64,000 nt of DNA from positions 1-64,000 of the forward strand of contig NKIB01012647.1 in the NCBI GenBank assembly GCA_002256025.1, given 5' to 3'. The DNA is from Asterionella formosa. Taxonomy: Eukaryota. A program made the translations under genes and the position numbers. The notes below the pieces were generated by a model. The model was not told where the DNA came from, ran no database searches, and saw only the letters and a program-made list of their open reading frames with translations. Positions 48,060 through 60,613 of the stretch are shown piece after piece (the stretch's first letter is position 1; the number at the start of each line of letters is the position of its first letter).

Positions 48060-49442
48060 CTAAAAGTTCATAGGCTTCGACCAAACCCATTTATTCGCGG
48101 CCCACTTGATATCTTCCTTGCTTTCCACAGGACAGGATCCGTGCAATGATAGCTCATCCAAAGATCCATCCGCCTTCATGCTGTAAAATACTATGACTTT
48201 TCCTCGTTGTGGCTTGACCTTGAGGCCTTTCGTGCAGTCCTTAAAGTTGTGTGGCATAGGGGCACCATTAAAGCAGGGAAAAATGGTTTCTCCTCCTTCG
48301 CTAACGTCACTTAGGTACCAAAATACAGTGGCCAACCGATTGCGAGTGCCGTTAGCAATGGTTGCTTGAGTAACAGGGTCCTTTTGGTACAACTCAGGAT
48401 TAAAGTAGTCGTGGTGCGAATCATAGTGTTCAGTGAGACCATATCTTAACACTTGAACATGCTCTTGATGCGTTTGAGGAATTCGCACCAAGGAAGCAGT
48501 CCTATCATCAATACCCGCCAACACGTCACTATTGTGCGACGGCAAAAAGGTGGACTGAGAAGTTCTAAAATCTGATGCAGGCCGGCCGATATCACCGTCC
48601 GTAAGGGATACACCCGAATACTTCATTGACGGTGCAGCCTTGTCTTGAATATAATCACATTCTTCAAAGTCTAAGAATCCATGGATAGAAAGTACCAGAG
48701 GGTGGAGTGATAGGGTTTCGATTGTGGCATTCCTCGATGGCCCTCGCCTTGAAACGCCAGGAATGTACGACAGGTCAAGGACTCGTTGGAAGCCAATACG
48801 TACTCCCGGCCACACAAATGCTCCTCCTTCCATGAGAAGGACGATTCCAGAAAACATTGTCATATCTACGTTTTCATCTGCTTCAGTAGCCAGCAATTCC
48901 CCAGAGCTTGAATACACTGCCCAGGGCTGATGTTGAATTGGTCTGTGCTGAAGCATCAGAGCTTCGTCTAAAGCCTCCTTAAGAACGACCCAAGAAATAA
49001 TTCCTGTAAGATTCTTGTTGGCTGGAGTTTCTTTCCTTGCGCCCACAAATACATCAAAGGTATTGTCGTCCTTGAAACAAATAGTATGCATGCCAGCAAC
49101 TTCCTGTTCGTGCAAGAAATCGTCGATATTGGAGCAATCGAAAATTGCTCGTGCTTCTGCCACAATTGCGTCAGGTCCAGAATTCGATCCTTTATCTATT
49201 GGATGCTCTTGTAGGTTGCGTTGAGAAGAGGTAGTGGTCGTCGAGGAGAAAAGATGCGGTCGAGCAGCAAGGACGAAGGACACGAGGGCGACCAAAGAAC
49301 ATCCAATTATAGCTGGGAACGACAATTGCAAAGGGCTTTTGACCTTGGCACATATCTTGCTCCTTTCCTCATTACTGTCTCCCTTTTTTGTCCCAGGAGA
49401 TGGGACGAGGGAAGATTTCTTGACTTGTTTCGTCTTAACCAT
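48060..49442 (-). CDS. P4H: Prolyl 4-hydroxylase alpha-like (2OG-Fe(II) dioxygenase), type II membrane protein
   Basis: QVLRYGLTEHYDSHHDYF, RLATVFWYLSDVSEGGETIFP and SLHGSCPV...KWAANKW motifs with an N-terminal transmembrane segment. ATG at 49442. Confidence 0.92.
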   Translation of the reverse strand: MVKTKQVKKSSLVPSPGTKKGDSNEERSKICAKVKSPLQLSFPAIIGCSLVALVSFVLAARPHLFSSTTTTSSQRNLQEHPIDKGSNSGPDAIVAEARAIFDCSNIDDFLHEQEVAGMHTICFKDDNTFDVFVGARKETPANKNLTGIISWVVLKEALDEALMLQHRPIQHQPWAVYSSSGELLATEADENVDMTMFSGIVLLMEGGAFVWPGVRIGFQRVLDLSYIPGVSRRGPSRNATIETLSLHPLVLSIHGFLDFEECDYIQDKAAPSMKYSGVSLTDGDIGRPASDFRTSQSTFLPSHNSDVLAGIDDRTASLVRIPQTHQEHVQVLRYGLTEHYDSHHDYFNPELYQKDPVTQATIANGTRNRLATVFWYLSDVSEGGETIFPCFNGAPMPHNFKDCTKGLKVKPQRGKVIVFYSMKADGSLDELSLHGSCPVESKEDIKWAANKWVWSKPMNF

Positions 49443-50916
49443 AATAATGGTCAGATGATCACACAATGACTACCGGTAAAACATATATTGGTCGTACTTA
49501 TTTTGAATCAATTATTTTGAGTTTTGTTGCTGTGAATCCTTGGATCGCGGCAAGCAACCAACAATAGCTAATAAGATACAGCTACCGGTACATGAGTTTG
49601 CTCGCTTTGTAGCGAGTAATATACCCGGCTAACCAGGGTTTGCTTACGGTACCTGGTAGTCTACCAGGTACGGGAAACGTTGTACTTCCTGGCTTCGTGG
49701 AAAATGCTTTATGTGTATCGTGCACAGACCTCGCTTTTTTTCAAATATCTAGCAAAATTCTAGTCGCGCCTTCTTTTGCATTGCTGCTAAATCCGTAATG
49801 ACACAACATATAATAATGTGATCGATGATCTAGCAGTTTATGTTCTTAACATATGCTTATTGTTTGGTTCAGATGCTTTTGATCACTGAATCCAATTCGA
49901 TCATAGAAGTGCGAAAATGTAGTTTTGTATACATATACAGAACAGAATCACATTACATTCAGTCCATAATTTCACATGATCTTTTCTTGCTAGTGGAAGC
50001 TTCTCCTGGTGGTACCTGCTTTGGGCGAGATATTGTAATGAACTTCGCCTTTTCATCAACTACCTGGAAGTTTGACCAGACTCCAATCAACTCTCTAATC
50101 CCAACAAATTACATCGGAATACCATTATAGAACCTATGTAGCATGGAATTATGTTGAAGGAAGAATAAATATAACGGTAATACACATTGCTTGGTACAAA
50201 ATATTTTTGATTCTCATTGTCACACCATGCTCAATGAATTGTCATCGTTTTAGGTTTCAAAAAGCAGCCATTATCCATTTGACTGGTGGATGATGGCAAA
50301 TATGAATCACACTGAGAGAGATCAAACGAAAAGACCTCAAAAGAATGTGAAAGCCCGGAGATGAGCACCAAAACCCGCAAAAGAAAAGGAAAACCCGGAT
50401 ACACGACATTTTCCTGCGTGTTCTCCGGGTTTTCGCGGTCTTTTTCGAACGTCGCGTTCTTTTGCCTTTTTTGGGACAACGTGATGCGAGGTCGATTTTA
50501 GATAAAACACAGTTATTGTACTTGACTTTTCGTATTACGGAGTTCTTTCAACTCCCAGTTTAGAGTTATGAGCTATAAAATCCGGTATGTGCTAGCTGAT
50601 ATGGCAGCACTAGGTATAGCCGTACCTGGTACACCAGGTACTGGTGTTGCAAGCTTGTCTTGAGTCCTGGTACCGGGTGTGTGTGTAGAAAAAAATGGAT
50701 TGGAGGGCCATACATAAATAGCAACACATCAAAATAACGCAACACTATTACAGGTAGTCCCATTTCGACAGCCTGTTTCAGATTCCCAATAGTTCTCTAC
50801 TTATCCGTCGTTGTCTCTGCGACTGGAACATCGATAACTTGAGAGCAAGCTCGGATCGATCGCAAGTAAGCACATCAGAATCATCAGTAGCTTGAATATA
50901 AATTGAATTCAGGCCC

Positions 50917-53900
50917 ATGATGCCCCCACCGCCACCTCCGGCTCCGGGACCTCTTTCACACTCCCACATCTCGCAACGGAAACCTTCGAACAGTGAACCA
51001 TATGGAGCGGTTCCATACCCCGTTTACTCTACGACTGCACCTACACCACGAAGGCGAGCAACTCCGTCCCCGTATGTCTTGACGCCGTCCACTTACGGGT
51101 TGTCCTCACCAGAGACTGAGACAGATTCTCCGCAACAGAAACGTCACGACAACCAATATCAGCACAACACGGTGGCACTTACTTTTTTGCTCGTACCTCT
51201 TGCCTTGTTACTTTGGAATCACGTGTCAGAATCACCTTTGCAAGCACTCCTGTGCAGTGTCCTACTCTTGTACTCGCTCGACTTGGCCAATCTACGAGAC
51301 GCTTGTATAGTCACTCTTTGGCTGTGTTTTGCCCTTGTGTCGGGAACAAACTCGTGGACCTTGCTAATGGCGACAGAAGACCATGAAGCAAAAGGTGGAA
51401 CCATGTTGGTCATCATTTTTCGCATGATGGTCGAGACTTTGTTTTTCCTTTGTTTGGTGAGTAGGTAGCATGCTGCTATCGGAATATTGATGGGTTGATA
51501 TTTTGTGTCATGAAGGTCATTTAACATTTCAGTGTTCCTTGACATCGTACAGGCAACCTGGTCAAATCTTCAATTCCAGTGGATGTACAAGGACTCCCAT
51601 GCCTTGACGAAAATGGCCGAGCAAATCCTTCACGGTTGTTTGGTGCCCGTTTCCGCCACCATTCTCACGCATCAGTTGATGACCATGCTGGTTGACAATG
51701 TTGGTGTCGATCAAGTTGCAAATATTGCTCCATACTTGTTCGCATTTTGTTTGTTGGCTGGCATGTGGTTTTTCGGGTCTTGCAAATCATCCTACGCAAC
51801 TACTGGTAAAGACGAGGGACAATCGACGTATTGCATTATGAATTCCATGGCTTGGGTACATTCTGTCATGCTTCTGCTCATCCCACCCCTAATGCATTTA
51901 CTTTCCTTTCGAAAACGTATTCTAAGCAAGCATGCTTCATTTGACGAATGGCATGATCTGATTTTGGTGTGGACTGTCCCATATCTACTGCACTTTGTGC
52001 TGCATTTGTGTCATGCGGGGGACGGAGGACCATATTCGCTGTCGATTTTATATTCAAAATCAACGAACACCCTTCGTGGGGCCTTCTTTCCTATCATGGT
52101 ATCAATTTTAGCGTCCTTGAGTCTGCAACAAAAGTATATCATTCCAATTTGCCAAATGTCTAGCTACCAATTTCTTGGTCACAATACGCCATCGCATTTT
52201 ATCACCGGTCTCTATTTGACAGCCTCAACACTAACAGCCCTTCTGTCGTTTTGGGTGCATGGCAAGGTTTCAACCACAACAAATGAACCCCTCTTTGGAG
52301 AATACCAAGATGACGTAGTGCAATTGAGCTTGGCGTTGAGTGGCATGTTTGCTGGAAGAGCATTTGGAATGCCATGGAATTTGACACCATTGCCCATTTT
52401 GGCTTTTCTGGGATTTACGGTTTGGTTGACGTCTCGAATGCTGAGATATTTGGCCGTACTTCTATTTGTTTTGCATTCATCCGCTTTGGTTATTTTTAGC
52501 TATCGATTTGCCGGCATAGAAACCACTATTGCGTTGGCCGTGCCTGGAGTGACCTTAAATTTGATGAGATTCGGAATGGTGTCTATCGTGGCGTCGGTGT
52601 TGGTTGGGTTGACCATGGGTTTGGCAGTTCGGTCCAACGGAGGATTCGGGAGTGCGACGCTAAAGAAATTTGACATTGGTGGAATATTACTTCTAGTTTA
52701 TTCAATTCTCCTGACCATTTTGGAGTGTACACTGTTGAAGGAGGCGATTCCTTTCCAAACCTTGACGGGTATCGAAGTGCTAGAAACAGAGTCTGAAATG
52801 GACGCAATGGTTTACAGTCCTTTATTGGCCTTCACTACTAGTGGAGTTTTGGTTGTGATTGTCGTTCTTCTATTACGATGTAAGATTGTCGGACCTAAAT
52901 CTGGCATTTTGGTCGTCTCAATGGCAGTTGGCAAAGCCATGGCAGTTTTCATCGACATCAATGAAGTTCAAAAACGAGGTGGCGATCACGACGCGTTTTC
53001 CCTCCTACTGCGAGCGCTAGTAGCGATGTTTACACTATCTGTGCTTCTCGGTCCACGGGCTTTTTTAAAACCGATTCATATCAAATCATCAACTATCGCC
53101 ATGTACAAAAGAAACCTGAGTCCACATGGAAAGCCAGCATCCGACACGCCTGGAAAGGCAGATCACGCTATAATGGCGTATGCATTGATTATCCTTCCCA
53201 TCACATTGGTCATTTCCATACCATTGGTGCTTCAGCCGTTGCTCGGATCCTTGTCCAGCCATTACGGAGGTGCCTACTATTCGCTTGCACCAGTCGCTTC
53301 TGAGGTTATGGGATTTAGTGCATCGTTGTGGGGCCTTTCCCTGTTGTTAATGCTCAACCACTACCTTCCTGACGGAGGTGGTGACGTGTGGAAGAAGATT
53401 TCTGCTCTCACTTTCTTGATGGGCCTCGGTATCGCCATATCTGCGCCAACCATACCTGATTGGGCCCGTGTGCTCAAACGAGCTCGACAGGCCCCAAACC
53501 CCTTTGCAGCTCTTTCTAGCATTGGCTCACAAATGATTATAGGAAACCGAAGTCGAGCAGGTGGCTGGGGTTTGATATCTGCTTCTCTTGCAACCATACT
53601 GGCAGTTTCGGGTCCACTAGAACTTCAAGAGCGCCGCGACTCAACAGGAAAAAAGGATAAATTCTTGTTGCTTCGAATGATGATATTCAGTATAATGTTC
53701 GGCTGTGGTGTTTCGTGGTTCATCACTCTGCAGAGTATGAGTGAAGAAGCGTTCCTGTCATTCTTCGTAACTGCAATTGCATGCATGGCAATGTCGTTCT
53801 TTGGCACCGTCGCAGCTGTTCTCGGGTACTTTTTGGAACTAGAAAACTTTGATGAAGTCGAAGCAATTGTCAAACTGTGGGCTGGCGCCTTCCCAGTCTT

Positions 53901-54855
53901 TGGAATTACTGCTTCTTTATCCCAGTTTTTGACACAGGATGCACATCCTTTCGGGATTGGTGGATGGTGCTCAACCTATTTATCTGTTTGTTCGTTCGTT
54001 GCATTTATATATACTTTGATTCTTCGTTCCAGACCGACCAAAAGTGCAGCGACTCGAGGGATCGGTAACCTCAGTTGTATTCTCTCTTGGTTTTGCACAA
54101 TTGTTGTAATTTTCGGAAAATATGGAGTAGCTGGACTCGATGCTGGTTTTGATGTAACTAAGGTGGCCGGCCTGTCTGCATCAGTGTTTGGTACACTTTT
54201 GGCATCCTTGCTTTTGTTAGCGCTTGAGGGCGAGTCCGGTTCAAGCGGAGGCCGCAGCAGAGTTCGACGGATATCTGACAATGCAAGTCAATACAAACCA
54301 TCCTTTGGACTGTCGTTGACACAGCTGAAGCGGTCTAATGCATTGGCACCTGTGATTGCTGCCGTAGTTTCTGTGTTTGTCATTGCTACGGCGTACGCCA
54401 TTTTCATCAGAGGGTGCAGTAACTTCTTCGACAGCGATACCAATCATCAAAGCATGTTTCATGCTGTGTTTGGGAAGGTGGACAGATCAAATGCAGATTC
54501 CGAATTAGCTTACATGGCAGAGAGAAGCGCTCTCCACAGTCAAGCCGTTGTAACATCCGCGAAGCTTGCCAGAAGTAGCTTTTGGATGGCTGCCAATCCG
54601 ATGGGCCCACTACTTTACCTGGGAGGAATGTTGGCAACCATCCCCGGTCTATATTTGTTAGTGACATATCTTTGGTCTGGGATAGGGATACAGACTGCGC
54701 AGGTGACCCTCGCAGCACCCTTGAACATGATTCCACTTGTCTTTTGCCGTGGCATCCCGACTCTTACTGCAGCAGCGACAATCGGTTTTGTTGGAGGCCT
54801 ACTGCAATTAACAATGCTTCGAAAAAAAGATCAACAGGCACGAATGAGAATATAG
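50917..54855 (+). CDS. NEF1: NO EXINE FORMATION 1 (NEF1)-like multipass membrane protein; exons 50917-51456 and 51553-54855 (about 1280 aa)
   Basis: The GT-AG intron 51457-51552 joins the two ORFs in frame. From recall of the Arabidopsis NEF1 N-terminus, it shares a Pro/Ser-rich MMPP start, LVP.A.LL, Y.LD..N, W..LQF.W......E..L..C and DL.L....P.L, with many transmembrane segments. Confidence 0.7.
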
Positions 54856-55139
54856 AAATCCGTCTTTCGGTGTTAACTTTTATATCCAATCGGTTTCTTC
54901 ACCTCGTTTCCCACAGCAAGCTAAATAATTCCCACATAGCCATGTAACTAACACTCAACGTTTTTCGTCTCATCCGCAATTGGTTGCTTTATTCATCAAT
55001 TGTTAACAACCCCTTTTCAGCAGCATCGGTTTTACCAGGTACAGACCTTGTTGATGAGTATTAGAAGGACTAATAATGCGACCTTAAATAACAATTAACA
55101 CGTTTGAAGGAATAGATGAAATATTTGTTCCCGACGAGC

Positions 55140-56657
55140 TCAAACAAGAGCGGTGCCCAATGTAGAATGATATTCTTGAGAATAAGTAGCAGCCCACGCT
55201 ACTTCCATTTGCTGACCGAGAATAGGATAATAATTGTGAAGCTCCAAAGGCGACTCGGCGAAGCAGACGACTACGGTATCCACGGCACTAGCAACTACAC
55301 TCATCAAAATGCCGGAAACCAAGGTGCCTATCAAAAGTCCACAAAAAAATGCCATCCAGGCTGCGTCCTCATCTCCAAGCATCGACATAAGTGAAGGGTG
55401 TGCCTTAATAATCAAAATGCTGACTAAACCAGTCAAGCCTCCAATGACAAAGCTAACGAGAGAGAGAACGCGATTCACCAACTGATCGTTGATAATGGCA
55501 TCCCAACCTCGTGACTCGAAAAGTTCCATGACTTTTACACCAGCTTCGGCGTAGGAATATCCGTAAAGGCCGACGTAAATGTAGCTCCACTTGTTAAAGT
55601 AAAGAATCAACTTATTCAAGGTGTCGAGTAGGCATTCCGCAATGCAATAAAGTACACCAGTGTTGCGACTACCGTTATCTCTGGCACGCTTGACAAAATA
55701 ATGAGCCACCTGGACCAACGCGACCAATAAACTTCCCATGCAAATTGATCCTAAGGAATATGTCATGCTACGAAACAACGAGTCGTTGATCGATTTGCTG
55801 CAACCCGAGTTGGCCTCGTCAGGAACAAACCACCAACTTCCCACAACACCCGCAACAGTGACGTGAATAATATTCTTGACGACTTCATGCGTCCAGTATA
55901 GGGCAAAGATAAAAAGGGCAAGGGTGCCTCCACTAAGAGTCTTCTCACAGTTTCCATCCTCGTCGCATTTTGGCCTACCGTGCGCGTAAGTACCAATCAA
56001 ACTAATCATCCAGAGCATGGTGTAACCGAATGACACAATGGTCAAACTAAATTGAACGAAAAAGAGTCCCCAATTCGTGTGTATAGCGGTCAATGCAGTC
56101 AAAAGATTAGCTGTAGCGAATGGAAGTCGATCCCAGATTGACCAAGCATAGAAGCAGGCAAGCGCAAATATGGAGAAAGCGAACAAGGCACCGTCCCAGA
56201 ATCCGTGCGACAAGCAAATTCCCATGAGCACCAGGTTTGATAATATGCTAAACACAACGCTGAATTGTACCATAAATTGGGCGAACCTTGTCATGAAATA
56301 TAGTACCGACCCCGAGATCACGACAGAAGCAACAAAACTCCAGAGAAAAAGCCAAAGTACCCCTCCAAAACGTATGGTTGGCGTGTCTGGGTGGTCTTCA
56401 TCTTTGTAATTAAAAGCTGGAAGACCCCATGCCATGCCAATGCCAAAAACTACGGATAAGTGCGCAAGAAATAGGAGAGCGAACACAAAGTCCCGACATG
56501 CTGATGGCTGGCGTTCAGCGTTGCTCCACGAGGTGATTGGCTGGAAAGCTTGATCGAGAACGACTTGTTCGTCATCTTCAGGCTCGATGTTATCTGGCAA
56601 GAGTTTTTCCGACAAGTCGTTCGTGGTGTTGGTTTCTTGATCTAGAGGGTCCATCAT
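55140..56657 (-). CDS. CTL: Choline transporter-like (CTL/SLC44) protein, paralog 4, intronless
   Basis: RLPFATANL, IIHVTVAGVVGSWWF, SLGSICMGSLLVA, NKWSYIYVGLYGYSY and VDTVVVCFAESP motifs. Confidence 0.9.
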   Translation of the reverse strand: MMDPLDQETNTTNDLSEKLLPDNIEPEDDEQVVLDQAFQPITSWSNAERQPSACRDFVFALLFLAHLSVVFGIGMAWGLPAFNYKDEDHPDTPTIRFGGVLWLFLWSFVASVVISGSVLYFMTRFAQFMVQFSVVFSILSNLVLMGICLSHGFWDGALFAFSIFALACFYAWSIWDRLPFATANLLTALTAIHTNWGLFFVQFSLTIVSFGYTMLWMISLIGTYAHGRPKCDEDGNCEKTLSGGTLALFIFALYWTHEVVKNIIHVTVAGVVGSWWFVPDEANSGCSKSINDSLFRSMTYSLGSICMGSLLVALVQVAHYFVKRARDNGSRNTGVLYCIAECLLDTLNKLILYFNKWSYIYVGLYGYSYAEAGVKVMELFESRGWDAIINDQLVNRVLSLVSFVIGGLTGLVSILIIKAHPSLMSMLGDEDAAWMAFFCGLLIGTLVSGILMSVVASAVDTVVVCFAESPLELHNYYPILGQQMEVAWAATYSQEYHSTLGTALV

Positions 56658-57483
56658 TACGTTCCATTAGGAAAAGAGAGCCACTGGGAACAAAGGGACA
56701 GAGTTTCGATTGATGACGGGAGCGTCCAGGAGGGCTCTCAGAATTTTTGGGTAACATTACATGCCGGGTAAAGTTAATAGGGAATGCAATCAAAAACTGA
56801 AACGAGCTCTAATTCATTCATATTTACGTATTCATGTTTTAGTTGAATAAAGGTATTCATAAAACAAATTTTATGAAGAATTGTCATGACGTTCATCAAG
56901 CAATCGTGGAATTGACTCAATATACCAGGTGTACTCCGAGTATATACCCTGATATCAGGTACCGGGTAATTGGTTTTAGCTACCGGTACGCTGGTAGCTG
57001 GTACTCCGTACCAGATACCAGGTACCTGTATCCCTGTATTCATCAATATGCGGTGATTGTGTAGAGACTAAAACTTTAGCTATCGTTATCCAACATGAAA
57101 TTGTTTATTTAAGCATAATGACCGCGAGTCCGCTGTTGGATAACTTGATGTTACATACGTGTTCGTATGATTGTTTGCACTCCATGATCCATGATGCTTG
57201 TTTCGTGTTCGAGAGGTCAGTATGCATCACCATTCTAATTCGAAGGAATTCGTTCTTTTTTGCTGCTTCCCTTCTTTATCAGTCCCGCTATAAGCAAACT
57301 GATTCCCAACAGCGACTCGAGTTCGCATTTGGATGTCAGCTGCAAGATGCTGTCGTTTCATGATCCTTGTTCTCATGCGCATTCCCCATAAATTGCAAAA
57401 CTGGATATTACCACCAGGTAGCCTACCACTACTGTATACAACCAACCCTCCACCCCCAAATTCCAAAAGATTCAAACTTTGTC

Positions 57484-58040
57484 ATGGCTCGATTCGCCAC
57501 TGTCCTCTTTGTCCTTGTGGCCTCTTCTGCTTCTGCTTTCACTGTCACTGCTCCCTTCAAGACGGTACGTTTGGAGTATATCGTTCTTATTGCGGCACTT
57601 TTTTCACAATCTCACACGCATTTCTTTTGCTTCGTCAGCATAATTGCGTTCAGACGAATCTTCAGTTGATGGCTGCAGAGGAATTGGAAACACTGATGGC
57701 AAAAGCTACCGGCTGTGCCGATAGTGAATGCTCGGTGGACGAAGTCGCGGATTTTGTTGAACTCCTCAAGGTCCAACAAAAGGAACTCTCTGATCGTGTC
57801 ACGCAGGTCAATTCCATGATCAAGTCGCTTGAAATCATCAACGGTCAAGATGATCGTAAGGTCGATCAAGTACGCGAGACGGTCCGTGCCATTTTCCGTG
57901 TCTTTCAGCTCGGAGACAAGGGCAGTGGCAATAACTACCCCTCACTCTCAAAGCCCACTGGGTGGAGTGGTGACGTGGGGAGCGGTCCAACCACGGCGTA
58001 CGACTCCCTCCCTCCCAAACGTTGGAAGCCAAAGCCATAA
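57484..58040 (+). CDS. Plastid-targeted small coiled-coil protein with CADSEC motif, paralog 1; exons 57484-57564 and 57639-58040 (160 aa)
   Basis: MARFATVLFVLVASSASA-FTV is a signal peptide with an ASAF cleavage motif. The GT-AG intron 57565-57638 joins it in frame to ...GCADSECSVDEV...AYDSLPPKRWKP. Confidence 0.8.
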
Positions 58041-58415
58041 ATAAACAATTAAGTTGGACGATATAGCAAGCTTTGAGTAGTTTCAGTTTTTGGATGATTG
58101 GTGTTTATTTTACCCAGTATTGCTCAATTGTACAATCAGACGAGTAGCAGGGCGTCCTGTACGCAATCCATGTCATCTTGAGGGAAGAGACAAGAAGTTA
58201 ATCTTCTAAATGGCTAAAATGCTTGCTGGGTCATGGTCAAAAGTCGGCAACAAAATATTTAGAATTACGCTTTGGTCTAGCAGCTTGGTTCAAGGAAAAG
58301 AACAACTCTCATTGCGACTAGCTAAAGTTCAAGTATGCTTTGGAGATGTGGTGCTGGATTTGTGGTATGGTGTGTTGAGGCAAGATGGTAGTATTGGCAA
58401 GGGGAAAGGACGAGC

Positions 58416-58979
58416 TTACTGCTTGGATTCTGGAGTCCATTTCTTGGGGGGAAGGACATCGTACGCATCATAGGGGCCATCAAAAGCATTAAGACCGGTG
58501 GCAATTCCGACAGTCTTGGCGTTGCCGAAGACACTGAGAAGATCCTTGACAAACGCGCGAACCTCATCGGTTCTGCGTTCCTTCTTCTCGTTGATATGTT
58601 GTAGCTGAGCAATCATGTTCATTACCCGGTCAAGGCGAGCGTTCAAGACTTGTTGCTGTGCTTTCAGATCAGCGACCAAGGAGGAGACATCATCGACTGA
58701 GCATTCACTATCGGCACATTCTTCGGCAGCAGACAAGATGGCCTTAGTCTCCTCATCGGTTAGAATGGCATGGCGAGTGATACTCGGCGCAACAATCTAA
58801 ACAACGAAGAATTGGAAATCGATACTGTTAGGACAACATTAAAGGGCAAGAAGAAGACAAACAACCACATCTAGCAGATATTCATAGACTAGTGTCACGC
58901 TTACCGAGCGAGGGAAGGAAGGAGCTGTGGTAAATGCACGAGTAGAAGCAGCAAGGATAGCGAAGAGGAGCAGCTTCAT
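58416..58979 (-). CDS. Plastid-targeted small coiled-coil protein with CADSEC motif, paralog 2; exons 58979-58905 and 58796-58416 (151 aa)
   Basis: MKLLLFAILAASTRA-FTT presequence. The GT-AG intron 58904-58797 joins it to ...ECADSECSVDDV...AYDVLPPKKWTP. Confidence 0.8.
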
Positions 58980-60076
58980 GATGGACAGTATGTTTTATTG
59001 TTGGCAAGGGAATTGATTGGAAAGATATGAACGAAATTATGAACCAAATAGGCATGACACCTGGGTACCTGGTACCACGTGAATTGAACTTCTACAAGGT
59101 ACCAGTACCTGGTCTCCTAGTACTTGGAGTACCAGTACCTGGTATCAGTACCACATGGAAAAAATAAAGAACCAGATACCAGCAAGTTGCGGTCATTTTG
59201 CTTAATAGACAATTTAATCTTGGATAAACACAGCTAAACGTTTAGTTTAGCAAAATTACTGCAACTTGCCAGCGACCGGCACCTGGTACCGGTACCAGGT
59301 ACCTGGTACCACACCCTGCTGGAGCACCGTGTTGCTTGGCGGGTCTTCCTCCTCTATGATATACTGTATCGGGATCGGGCTTCTCATCCTCAACTATGGA
59401 TGCGAACCCCAAAAGGTTGCATCTTGTTGCTGGCGGGGAGCCCTTATCTTTTTTTATGTACATCAAAATTCTTGACATACCGGTAGATTCTTTGATCGCC
59501 GGAATAATACTATGTTACACACATACCGGTATACATACATATACACTGTACAAAGGTAAACCTAGTTCTGAATGCATTACCGGTAGGTAAAAGGTTCAAG
59601 TTGGATTCAAGTTGGATTCGGCATCTCCAACTGCCTGCTATTTAGGTACCAGGTACAGCCTTCATTTGATTTTATGAAAAGGTAAACGGGGTATACAGTA
59701 TAACTATCTCGAAGAAAATATGCCGTCGTGCTTCTACTGGTGAAAAATAATGCAGATATTATTTTATCCTAAAAAATACGTCTCCATGTAGACTAAATAC
59801 GGTACCAGGTACCTGGCCAGGTTTTCTCTGTGTCCACTAACTAACGTTGCATAGATTCGCCAGCACGACTATTGCCAACGTGCTTATTTTAGGACGGATC
59901 ACAAAGACTACATGCCATCTTTCTACATGAGGGTCGGCTTACTCGAGAAAATGCTTTTTTTAGGAGTTACATACCAGTAGGTGAACGTCAACTCTATTTT
60001 TGTAATTAAATAATTAGCATCTAAATAAAAATATCGAAACCAATTTAGTATTCTTTTATTAATTGGGCATACGTAT

Positions 60077-60525
60077 GAATGATAGTATGTTTTATAGCCC
60101 ATTTGTGCTTCCTTTTTGAAGGCAAGTATTCATTGTGCAACCTGCCAACAAGACCTGGCTGTGGTTCCCTAGTTTTGTTAGCATAGGTGAGTCCCCAACC
60201 GCCTTTTGCGAAAGGTGATCATCTTAGCTGCAGTGTTGGCACAAGCTGATTATTGGGGGGGGGGGGGGGGCACCCCCATTTTTTTTGCNNNNNNNNNCCC
60301 CCCCCCACCCCCCCCCCCCCCCCGCGCCCCCCCCCCCCCCCCCCCCCCCCCCCCGCCCCCCCCCCCCCCCCCCAACCCACTATTTTTTGCACACCAGGCA
60401 AGACCATGCAGGATGGTAAAGGAGTGTGGGAGTTGGACCCAACAATTGCTTCTCAAAAAATTCGGGAATCAAACCTCACAACCTGAGATCAAAGGCAATG
60501 TGTTAAACCACTAAGCTATTCCCGC
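60077..60525 (-). mobile_element. tRNA-derived SINE, family A, copy 3 (contains poly-G/poly-C tract and assembly gap)
   Basis: Minus-strand head GGGAATAGCTTAGTGGTTTAACAC...CCTTTGATCTCAGG...GGTTTGATTCCCG. Flanking direct repeat ATTGGG(CATAC/TACAT)GTAT at 60062-60076 and 60526-60540. Confidence 0.78.
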
Positions 60526-60613
60526 ATTGGGTACATGTATATAACAAGCAATGCTAATGCGTTGATTTTGCTAGTATCATTTGTTTACCATCATCATCAT
60601 CATTTTTGTCGAA

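Noticed and set aside
60206..60514. Poly-Pro and poly-Gly ORFs
   Set aside because: Translation of a G/C homopolymer tract next to an N gap inside a SINE. The sequence here is unreliable.
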